This document shows, in pieces, positions 10,824-19,989 of a stretch of 34,087 nucleotides of DNA. The translations under genes and the position numbers were made by a program. Under the pieces are notes generated by a model. It did no database searches. It was not told the DNA's origin and saw only the letters and a program-made list of their open reading frames with translations. Each line of letters begins with the position of its first letter. The first letter of the stretch is position 1. The stretch lies in the sequence record SRR31156797_4600; one strand, written 5' to 3'.

Positions 10824-11816
10824 ATGGCAATATTAGCATTTCAGAAGCCCGATAAAGTGATTATGATTGAATCGGACGATTACCGTGGTAAATTTGAGTT
10901 CCGTCCATTGGAGCCGGGATTCGGAATCACCATTGGTAACTCATTGCGCCGGATTCTTTTGTCGTCGCTCGAAGGGTTTGCCATTACAAATATCAGGATT
11001 GAAGGGGTTGAGCAGGAGTTTTCTACGATTAAAGGTGTTGTTGAGGATGTTACGGAAATAATCCTAAACCTGAAACAAATCAGGTTCAAAAGGCTTGTTG
11101 AAGATGATTCTTCTGAGAAGATCCACATCGTTATTTCAGGCCAGGAACAATTCAAAGCCGGCGACATCAACAAATACCTGAGTATTTTCCAGGTATTGAA
11201 TCCTGATGTTGTGGTTTGTTCTATGGACCCATCGGTGAAGCTTTCCATCGAACTGACGATCAACAAAGGTCGGGGATATGTACCAGCCGAGGAAAACAAG
11301 GAACTCAATGCACCCATCGGAACCATCTCCATCGATTCTATCCATACACCGATAAAAAATGTAACGTTTGATATCGAAGATTTCAGGGTAGAACAAAAGA
11401 CCGACTACGAAAAATTGGTGATGAACCTCATTACCGATGGTTCAATCCATCCGAAAGAAGCCCTTAAAGAAGCTGCAAAAATTCTCATTCATCACTTCAT
11501 GCTTTTCTCTGACGAGAAGATCACTCTCGAAAAAGAAGAGAAGAATGTTACTGAAGAGTTTGATGAGAATTCACTGCATGTAAGGCAGTTGCTCAAGACC
11601 AAACTCGTTGATCTTGATCTGTCAGTCAGGGCATTGAATTGCCTGAAGGCAGCTGACGTTGAAACACTGGGCGATCTGGTGGCTTTCAATAAAAATGATC
11701 TGCTCAAATTCAGAAACTTTGGTAAGAAATCACTCACCGAGCTTGAAGAACTTGTGAAATCAAAGAGTCTGGAATTTGGGATGAATGTATCGAAGTATAA
11801 ATTAGACAAGGAATAA
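10824..11816 (+). CDS. rpoA: RNA polymerase subunit alpha
   Basis: [28 protein letters not shown], alpha-[13 protein letters not shown]...NFGKKSLTE. Confidence 0.99.
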   Translation: MAILAFQKPDKVIMIESDDYRGKFEFRPLEPGFGITIGNSLRRILLSSLEGFAITNIRIEGVEQEFSTIKGVVEDVTEIILNLKQIRFKRLVEDDSSEKIHIVISGQEQFKAGDINKYLSIFQVLNPDVVVCSMDPSVKLSIELTINKGRGYVPAEENKELNAPIGTISIDSIHTPIKNVTFDIEDFRVEQKTDYEKLVMNLITDGSIHPKEALKEAAKILIHHFMLFSDEKITLEKEEKNVTEEFDENSLHVRQLLKTKLVDLDLSVRALNCLKAADVETLGDLVAFNKNDLLKFRNFGKKSLTELEELVKSKSLEFGMNVSKYKLDKE

Positions 11817-11823
11817 CGGAAAA

Positions 11824-12654
11824 ATGAGACACCGCAAGAAATTCAACCACTTAAGCAGGACCAGTGCGCATCGTAAAGCTATGCTGTCAAACATGGCTAC
11901 TTCGTTGATCCTGCATAAAAGAATAACAACCACAACTGCAAAAGCCAAGGCATTGCGTTCGTATGTGGAGCCGTTGATTACACGTTCAAAAGAAGATACA
12001 ACACACTCAAGAAGAACGGTATTTAGCTATTTACAGAGTAAAGAGGCTGTTACCGAACTTTTCAGAGAAGTGTCAACCAAGGTTGCTGAGCGTCCGGGTG
12101 GATACACACGCATCATCAAAATGGGTCACAGACTGGGCGATAATGCCGACATGTGCCTCATCGAACTTGTTGATTATAATGAACACCTGATGGCCGAAGC
12201 AGAAACAACCGAGAAAAAATCCACGGGCAGAAGAAGGAGAAGAAGAGGTTCAGGTGGTGCTAAATCACAAACGCCAGAGGCAAAAACCCAGGCTACTGAA
12301 GAAAAAGCTGCTGTTGCAGAAGATACTTCTGCAAAATCTGAGGTAAAAGAACCTGAAGCAGTTGCTGAAACAGAAACTGTTGAAGCGCCAAAAGCCGAAG
12401 CTAAGGTGGAAACACCAAAAGAGGAAAAGAAGGAAGAGCCTAAAGCAGAAGCTAAGAAAGAGCCCAAAGCTGAAGTAAAAGAGGAACCTAAAGCGGAAGC
12501 CAAGGAAGAGCCCAAAGTTGAAGCAAAGGAGGAACCAAAGGCGGAAGCTAAGGAAGAGCCCAAGGTTGAGAAAAAAGAAGAACCCAAGAAAGAAGAAAAA
12601 GCTTCAGAAGAAGAGAAACCAACTGATGAGGACAAGCCAGAGAAAAAGGCTTAG
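11824..12654 (+). CDS. rplQ: 50S ribosomal protein L17 with ~150-aa low-complexity C-terminal extension
   Basis: MRHRK..., [34 protein letters not shown] core (~120 aa), followed by an Arg run and an E/K/A/P-rich tail. Confidence 0.98.
   Translation: MRHRKKFNHLSRTSAHRKAMLSNMATSLILHKRITTTTAKAKALRSYVEPLITRSKEDTTHSRRTVFSYLQSKEAVTELFREVSTKVAERPGGYTRIIKMGHRLGDNADMCLIELVDYNEHLMAEAETTEKKSTGRRRRRRGSGGAKSQTPEAKTQATEEKAAVAEDTSAKSEVKEPEAVAETETVEAPKAEAKVETPKEEKKEEPKAEAKKEPKAEVKEEPKAEAKEEPKVEAKEEPKAEAKEEPKVEKKEEPKKEEKASEEEKPTDEDKPEKKA
12439..12582 (+). repeat. Coding tandem repeat, 6 x 24 nt (8 aa, PKxExKxE) within rplQ
   Basis: Units start at 12439, 12463, 12487, 12511, 12535, 12559: [48 protein letters not shown], with degenerate copies on both sides. 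Confidence 0.92.
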
Positions 12655-12683
12655 TAATCTCAAAATATGTTAAAGAATTGTTA

Positions 12684-12716
12684 AGGATGAAGCATTCCAT
12701 GCTTTGTCCTTTTTTT
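12684..12716 (+). terminator. Intrinsic terminator of the ribosomal superoperon
   Basis: AGGATGAAGCAT-tcc-ATGCTTTGTCCT 12-bp stem (two G-U pairs) followed by a T run. Confidence 0.8.
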
Positions 12717-12720
12717 GTAA

Positions 12721-14046
<1,326 letters not shown>

Positions 14047-14070
14047 TTTTTATTCCAAACAGGAGAACTT

Positions 14071-14108
14071 TGGCTGCAAATTTGTTTTTTTGCAGCCATT
14101 GTTTTTTT
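14071..14108 (+). terminator. Intrinsic terminator after eno
   Basis: TGGCTGCAAA...TTTGCAGCCA 10-bp inverted repeat followed by ttgttttttt. Confidence 0.7.
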
Positions 14109-14129
14109 AATTAAATAACCTATGTAATT

Positions 14130-14843
14130 ATGAGAAAATTAGTCGTATCATTTATTGCGATCATCATTGCCGCTATATTAATTCCGGAAGCTTCCTCGGC
14201 ACAGGAGTGTCGCTTTTTCTACCCTTCTGAAATCGGAACCACACTGGAGTATACCTTTTATAATAAAAAGGGGAGAGAAGAATCTTACCAGTCGCAAAAA
14301 GTGATTGATAAAAAGGTAGAGAATGGAGTCACTGTTGTTGAAATTGAGGCCACTAACACAACCGGTAAGAAAAATGATGAAGAATTCACCACCACATTTG
14401 ATGTTAAATGTGATGATGGAAAGTTTTATATCAATATGCAGGATTTTACTTCATCAGTAAATTATGAGCAATATGAAAGCTCACCGGATATGGATGTTGT
14501 AGTTAATTCGGATGATATGTTTTATCCGTCCGATATGACAGTCGGGCAAACCCTTCCGGATGGCAAAGTTGAAGTAGCCGTGATGGCTAACGGCTTGAAA
14601 ATGTTCGGATCTACAATTACCATTAAAGATCGAAAGGTTGAATCGAGTGAAACCATCGAAACGTCTGCCGGTTCATTTGAGTGTTTAAAAGTGACATCTA
14701 CGGTTGTAACAAAATCGGTTATGAGTATGGAAACCAAAACCATACAATGGCTAGCCGAAGATGTTGGCGTAGTAAAGACCGAAAATTTAAATAAAAAGGG
14801 AAAATTGGTTGGTTACCAGTTACTCACAGGTATTGAAAAGTAA
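14130..14843 (+). CDS. Secreted beta-rich hypothetical protein (resembles Bacteroidota DUF3108-like/TapB-type proteins)
   Basis: Sec signal peptide ending ASSA-Q; C-terminal 'ETSAGSFECLKV...WLAEDVGVVKTE' pattern typical of this group; family call from memory. Confidence 0.6.
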   Translation: MRKLVVSFIAIIIAAILIPEASSAQECRFFYPSEIGTTLEYTFYNKKGREESYQSQKVIDKKVENGVTVVEIEATNTTGKKNDEEFTTTFDVKCDDGKFYINMQDFTSSVNYEQYESSPDMDVVVNSDDMFYPSDMTVGQTLPDGKVEVAVMANGLKMFGSTITIKDRKVESSETIETSAGSFECLKVTSTVVTKSVMSMETKTIQWLAEDVGVVKTENLNKKGKLVGYQLLTGIEK

Positions 14844-14866
14844 TCGTTTATCTGGATTATGATAAT

Positions 14867-14897
14867 AAAAGCTCCGAAAGTTCGGGGCTTTTTTTTT
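14867..14897 (+). terminator. Intrinsic (possibly bidirectional) terminator
   Basis: AAAAGCTCCGAA-ag-TTCGGGGCTTTT inverted repeat ending in a 9-T run. Confidence 0.9.
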
Positions 14898-15107
14898 GAT
14901 AAGTAAGTTTGTGGCTTTACATAATCGAAATGCTAATCATGCACAGATTGATCAAAGTCTTTTTATCTCCTAACAAATTCAAAAGTAGATTGTTACGATA
15001 GCTCGAAATAGTGCACTGTTTTTTTCATTGACATCGAATCGGTAACTATCATCATTTTTATCCGATAAATTAATATTTGTCTAACTTTACCATGAAATTA
15101 TTACCGA

Positions 15108-18100
15108 ATGGAGAAGGTCGATAAATTTAATTCCGCCGAAATAGAATCGTTTCATGAGGTCTTTGCAGGCATCGCTCAAAAGGAATTGACAGCCATAATT
15201 GACGAGTATTTTAGGGAACTTATCAGAATTATTAAAGCTTTTAAAACCAGGCATGAAAAGCTTACTGATGCGGTTGAAAAAAACACACTCGGCATTAAAG
15301 ATTTGCGGGATTTTAATATGAGCCTGTTCGAAATGCTATCGAAATACCAGCAAAATGTTGCTGATAATCAACATAAACAACTATTTGAAAAGTACAATAG
15401 TGCCCTTAATACAGCATCTGCCGGATCACCTGCAATCATAACCCGCAGGGAATTATTCGTCCCATATCAGTTATCATTGGGTGGAAAGCCAGGAAGACTT
15501 TGGCGTAAAATACTCAGGAATTCAGGTTTTTACCTGCGAAAGAATACCATTTCATTCCTCAACCTATTCCGTAAGGTATTCAGGTTAAAGGTGAAAGAAA
15601 CCAAAATATACCAGACGCGTAAAGTCCCTTTCAGGAATATGGTTGCCTATCATTTGGAAACCGGAGTTTTACCTGGAATGGCTGAGGTTGCTGAAAAGTT
15701 TATGAAGCTGAAAAGCAACATTATTAACCGTTTGTGGAAGTTTAATGAAAAGGTTGATGACGGCCTGCAAAATCATGTTTCGGGTGATGAAAAGATTGAA
15801 CTCACCGAAATTTTTAATGATGGGGAATTTAAGCAGTTATTTGATGAGAATGAGGTGCAGTTGGATTCAGTAAAAAAAGAGCTCACTGCGCAAATTATCG
15901 ATATTGTTAACCAGGCTTTTGAGAATTTTGATAAAGCTGCAGGAATTGTTGACACCCCTGACCTTTCCGTTAAAACTTACCTTAAAAAAAGCCTGAATCA
16001 ATACAGGGAGGAAAAGAGTTCGGATTTTTCCGATATCATCACAAAATGGGCAAATACACAGATAACCTTGTTCGACGATTGGATTGTTGATGTTGAAGTT
16101 GTACAGCTTTACTATGCAGTGCTTTCTAATTTTGAATTATTCAAGGCCAATGTGGATAAGTTTGTTAATGTGCACCTTGTGCAAAATCTCGATGAACTCA
16201 TTGATTTTATCCGTGCGTCCTCATCACGTATAGAGGAGGCTGCTGTTTCGGTGAAACAGGTCAAAGAGGCGTTGAACACGGAGCGAAAATCCATAAATCG
16301 TGACTTTGTGGATAAAATGCTCACCAAATCCATCGAAAAGATTTCGGGTGGATATGCTGATGATATCGAAAAGTTCAGGCAAAACACCATACATCTTGCC
16401 GATAAAGTATCCACAAAGCGCGGGTTTGTACATGGTGCTAAATATGACCGCGGAATTAGAACAAGCGAGATTAAGTACCTTTCACCGCGCGAATTACTGA
16501 ACTTTGAGGCGATTCCACACTTTGAAATGGCTGTTGGTGACGTAAGCAGCCAGGTTGAAGCTTCTGTGGAAAAGGCGAAGTTAAAAATGTTGTCCTCCGG
16601 AACTGTTTGTGATTTTAGCCTGGAATCTGCCCTGATGCTGTTGGAGCAAAAAAAGAAAAGCTTTAAGGCAGCCCAGCAGGTTGCAACCGAAGGGTATGCC
16701 CGTTCCATAAAAAATATTGGCGAAGCGAGAGACCTGATTGTTAAAGTCAGCGAGGAACCCCTTGCCAGTCTAAATGACGCGATCCATGAATTTAATGCTG
16801 AAATCCAAAAATTAAAAAATACAGAAAATATCCTGGAACTCAATATCCGTATTGCTAGGATCAGGGCTGTTGAAAAATCAAAAAAAGCACGCCGTGAAGC
16901 GGTGCGAATGGTTAAAAACCTACTCCCGTCAGCAATTGCTTTCTTAAAAGAGAAGTTATCAAAAACCTCTGGAGCACTTGATGGCCTCAAGAGTCGGATA
17001 GGCATGTCCAAAGCGGTGCCCCGGATTTCTTATGAAGTTACCGAGTTTATCAGTGAGGCCGAAGCATCCCTGAAAAAGCTGCCTTTTGTTTATCAGCGTC
17101 TATATCAAATACAGCCCACCGATGAAGAAAGGTTTTTTGTGAACCGGAAAGGCGAAATAGAGATGCTGAATAATGCCTTTGAAGACTGGACCAGGGAGCG
17201 GTTTGTAACTTCAGCCGTTATTGGTGAAAAGGGAAGTGGCATAACCTCGCTCATTACCTATTTTGTAAACAGGCTTCATACTGATATTCCGGTAGTTCAA
17301 TACACCATCGAGCAAAAAATATTTCAGCAGGATCAGTATTTCAGATTATTTGCAGGGATTCTCGGGCAGGAGGAATTTAAATCCAATGAAGAGATAATAA
17401 GCTTTTTGAATAAAAAACGTGAAAAGACCATCATTATCATCGAAAATCTTCAGCATGCATACCTTAAAAAAGTTAATGGATTTGACTGTCAGCGATTACT
17501 CTTTGATTTAATGGCCAATACAGCCAAGAATGTTTTCTGGCTTGGCTCATACACGATTTTTTCCTGGGAGTATCTCGACAAGGTGATACATATTTCCGAT
17601 AACTTTGTGAGGGAAGTTAGGTTGCAACCCATGGATAGTCAGAGTTTGATGGATATTATTTATAAACGTAACGGCATGAGCGGATATAAACTCAGGTTTG
17701 AACCGGGAGCTGAAGATGCTGAAGCTCGCTGGTATAAAAAAGCTGACGCCGGGGAACGGAACAGGATACTCAGAAAACAGTTTTTTAATGATTTAACCAC
17801 CTGGTCTAATGGCAACGTAAGTTTATCGCAGTTGTACTGGTTGCATTCAACGCGTAATGTAACCGAAGATACCATAAGTATTGGCGGATCATTTGATATT
17901 GATCTGTCATTTATCCAATCGATTAAAGCAGAATATTTGTTTGCACTGCATGCCATTCTGGTGCACGACGGTCTTACCCTCGAAACATATTCTGAAGTAT
18001 TTAACCAATCTGAAACACAGTCCAGGAATATGCTTGTTCCAATGCTTGAAAAGGGATTGTTAATCAGGCCGAGGGAAAAATATAATATCAACCCGATCGT

Positions 18101-18149
18101 ATTCAGGCAGGTAGTGAACCTGCTGCGATCAAGGAATTTTATCAGTTAA
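15108..18149 (+). CDS. Large cytoplasmic protein: ~650-aa helical N-terminus, degenerate P-loop NTPase (STAND/AAA+-like), probable C-terminal winged helix
   Basis: FFVNRKGEIEML pre-P-loop motif; Walker A-like VIGEKGSGITS; Walker B-like IIIIEN; NGNV; C-terminal HDGLT...LVPMLEKGLL...YNINP; no signal peptide or obvious TM segment. Confidence 0.75.
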   Translation: MEKVDKFNSAEIESFHEVFAGIAQKELTAIIDEYFRELIRIIKAFKTRHEKLTDAVEKNTLGIKDLRDFNMSLFEMLSKYQQNVADNQHKQLFEKYNSALNTASAGSPAIITRRELFVPYQLSLGGKPGRLWRKILRNSGFYLRKNTISFLNLFRKVFRLKVKETKIYQTRKVPFRNMVAYHLETGVLPGMAEVAEKFMKLKSNIINRLWKFNEKVDDGLQNHVSGDEKIELTEIFNDGEFKQLFDENEVQLDSVKKELTAQIIDIVNQAFENFDKAAGIVDTPDLSVKTYLKKSLNQYREEKSSDFSDIITKWANTQITLFDDWIVDVEVVQLYYAVLSNFELFKANVDKFVNVHLVQNLDELIDFIRASSSRIEEAAVSVKQVKEALNTERKSINRDFVDKMLTKSIEKISGGYADDIEKFRQNTIHLADKVSTKRGFVHGAKYDRGIRTSEIKYLSPRELLNFEAIPHFEMAVGDVSSQVEASVEKAKLKMLSSGTVCDFSLESALMLLEQKKKSFKAAQQVATEGYARSIKNIGEARDLIVKVSEEPLASLNDAIHEFNAEIQKLKNTENILELNIRIARIRAVEKSKKARREAVRMVKNLLPSAIAFLKEKLSKTSGALDGLKSRIGMSKAVPRISYEVTEFISEAEASLKKLPFVYQRLYQIQPTDEERFFVNRKGEIEMLNNAFEDWTRERFVTSAVIGEKGSGITSLITYFVNRLHTDIPVVQYTIEQKIFQQDQYFRLFAGILGQEEFKSNEEIISFLNKKREKTIIIIENLQHAYLKKVNGFDCQRLLFDLMANTAKNVFWLGSYTIFSWEYLDKVIHISDNFVREVRLQPMDSQSLMDIIYKRNGMSGYKLRFEPGAEDAEARWYKKADAGERNRILRKQFFNDLTTWSNGNVSLSQLYWLHSTRNVTEDTISIGGSFDIDLSFIQSIKAEYLFALHAILVHDGLTLETYSEVFNQSETQSRNMLVPMLEKGLLIRPREKYNINPIVFRQVVNLLRSRNFIS

Positions 18150-19171
18150 TGATGAACAGGTATTTTTACATAGTGCTGATTTTTCTGCTCGGGTTTTTTA
18201 CTGAAATTTCCGGACAGGAGGTTGATTCCACAGATGTCAGCATTGATACGACCTCGGAACAGGTTGTTATTCCGGGCCCTGCTGATACAGTGGCGGTTAA
18301 CAACCAAAAAGAGGCTATTGAGCAAAAACAGGATACCACCCGGCGAGGATTATTGGGTGAAGTTGGCGAAGACGTTCGGGATAAGCCAAAAGACGTACTG
18401 AAGTCTATTTCATTCTCCAAGATTTTCTGGACCATCGTATTGCTGATTATTGGCTATTACCTGATTAAATTGTTCGTGAGTATTTTAACCCTGATTGCGG
18501 AAAAAAGCACGCGATTGCGGATTACCATTAAAGGCCTCATCCCCGTTGTAAGGATCATTATCTGGACGATTATCATTTTCGCCATAGTAAAGGGTATCTT
18601 CAATCCGCCAATCCAAACTGTAATTGCTGTGACGGCGTCTGTGGGAATTGCTGTAGGGCTTGCTGCACAGGATTTGCTTAAAAATGTATTCGGTGGTATG
18701 GCACTTTTACTCGACCGTCCTTTTCTGGTAGGTGATAAAATTGATACGGGGAAGCATTACGGAGAAGTTACAGAGATCGGTCTGAGGGCAACACGAATAG
18801 TTACCGGCGACGATTCAGTCGTCTCCGTCCCTAATGCAGAGCTCATAAATACTGCAGTTTCTAATTCAAACAGCGGTGAACTGAACTGCCAGGTAGTTGC
18901 TGAAATCTACCTTCCCATTGATGTGGATACGCAACTGGTTAGAAAAATTGCCATTGAAGCGGCTCAGGTATCAAAATTTATATACCTGAAAAAACCTATC
19001 GTGGTTTTGTTTTTTAATGAAGTGAAAGAGCGGCGATCCTATTTAAAAATGCGCCTGAAGGCCTACGTAATGGACATCCGTTATGAGTTTCAGTTTAAAA
19101 GCGATCTTACCGAGATTGTAATTCGTGAATTGCTGAAAGCCAAAGTTATTGCCCGGGAAGACTTGTTCTAA
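18149..19171 (+). CDS. MscS-family small-conductance mechanosensitive channel
   Basis: Three TM helices, GIAVGLAAQDLLKNVFGG, DRPFLVGDKI, GEVTEIGLRAT, VSVPNAEL; N-terminal signal-like peptide; start at 18149 or 18152. Confidence 0.93.
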   Translation: MMNRYFYIVLIFLLGFFTEISGQEVDSTDVSIDTTSEQVVIPGPADTVAVNNQKEAIEQKQDTTRRGLLGEVGEDVRDKPKDVLKSISFSKIFWTIVLLIIGYYLIKLFVSILTLIAEKSTRLRITIKGLIPVVRIIIWTIIIFAIVKGIFNPPIQTVIAVTASVGIAVGLAAQDLLKNVFGGMALLLDRPFLVGDKIDTGKHYGEVTEIGLRATRIVTGDDSVVSVPNAELINTAVSNSNSGELNCQVVAEIYLPIDVDTQLVRKIAIEAAQVSKFIYLKKPIVVLFFNEVKERRSYLKMRLKAYVMDIRYEFQFKSDLTEIVIRELLKAKVIAREDLF

Positions 19172-19241
19172 CCTGAAAAAATCACAGAATTTTCCACATG
19201 AAGTGGTGACGATTCTGTCACAGCCTGATATCAAAACAAAT

Positions 19242-19269
19242 TAAACCCTTCGGGTGTTTATTCATTTTT
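19242..19269 (+). terminator. Possible terminator of the NTPase-mscS unit
   Basis: TAAAC-CC-TTCG-GG-T-GTTTA hairpin with C(UUCG)G tetraloop, then ttcattttt. Confidence 0.45.
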
Positions 19270-19314
19270 GTGAATTAACCAGATCAACATTTCCAACCGG
19301 GTAACAGAAAACAT

Positions 19315-19322
19315 TATTTTTG
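19315..19322 (+). promoter_or_regulatory. Putative sigma-A -7 element giving a (near-)leaderless transcript
   Basis: TATTTTTG(C) matches TAnnTTTG, only 8 nt before ATG 19331. Confidence 0.6.
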
Positions 19323-19330
19323 CCCTCTCA

Positions 19331-19846
19331 ATGAAAAAAGCCGGTATCATAGCGTTAATCATGATTTTCCTGTATCAGGCTGTGGGTGTGTTTTTGCTCT
19401 TTAAGGTCAGGCAGAATGAGGTCAGGCAGGAAATTAAATCGCGCATTAAAGCCGGTGTCCCCAAATCAGAACTGACGGTTTTCAGATTTGATGATCATCA
19501 GATGACTCAACTGAGGTGGGTTGATGATCATGAATTTATTCTGGACGGGCAAATGTATGATATCGTTCAAACCCAATATGAGGGTGATAAAATAATTTTT
19601 CATTGCCTGCACGATAAGCAGGAAACAGTCCTTTTTAAGAATCTGAACAACATGGTGGCAAAGGAACTGGGTGGTGATCAAAATACCAATAGTTCAAAAC
19701 ATCATGTGACCATAAACTGGTATTATGCAGAAACAAGTTCAGTGCCTCTATTTTTAGACCAAATATCCGATAAGCTAAATTCCCGACAAGAATTTAACCC
19801 GGATGATCGTTACATCCTTCCCGAATCACCTCCTCCAAACCTGTAA
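19331..19846 (+). CDS. Hypothetical membrane-anchored protein ending in PESPPPNL; candidate regulatory leader of the TonB receptor
   Basis: N-terminal hydrophobic helix, EFILDGQMYDIV and FHCLHDKQE blocks, C-terminal polyproline; co-oriented 143 nt upstream of the TonB-dependent receptor. Confidence 0.7.
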   Translation: MKKAGIIALIMIFLYQAVGVFLLFKVRQNEVRQEIKSRIKAGVPKSELTVFRFDDHQMTQLRWVDDHEFILDGQMYDIVQTQYEGDKIIFHCLHDKQETVLFKNLNNMVAKELGGDQNTNSSKHHVTINWYYAETSSVPLFLDQISDKLNSRQEFNPDDRYILPESPPPNL

Positions 19847-19989
19847 ATTTCATAAATACCTTTTTTATATATCCGGCACACTGTCCTTCGAATAAGATGA
19901 TGGCACGTAGTTGGATTATATTTTTATGGATCATTCCCCCTCCAATACCTCGAATGACTCCTTGTTTTTAATTCGAATTTAATTTTGCA

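Noticed and set aside
12439-12582. Possible CRISPR array or contingency repeat
   Set aside because: No spacers; units are in frame, contiguous and synonymously diverged; no cas genes
12174-12635. 153-aa Ser/Ala/Phe-rich repetitive minus-strand ORF
   Set aside because: Mirror of the L17 repeat tail; low-complexity codons lack antisense stops
16112-17011. 299-aa antisense ORF inside the NTPase gene
   Set aside because: Codon-register antisense shadow with S/F/I-rich composition and no recognisable motif; cannot be fully excluded without expression data
19980-19987. TAATTTTG box before the TonB receptor
   Set aside because: Only 2 nt from the ATG, so the start site would fall inside the CDS; likely just an AT-rich initiation region
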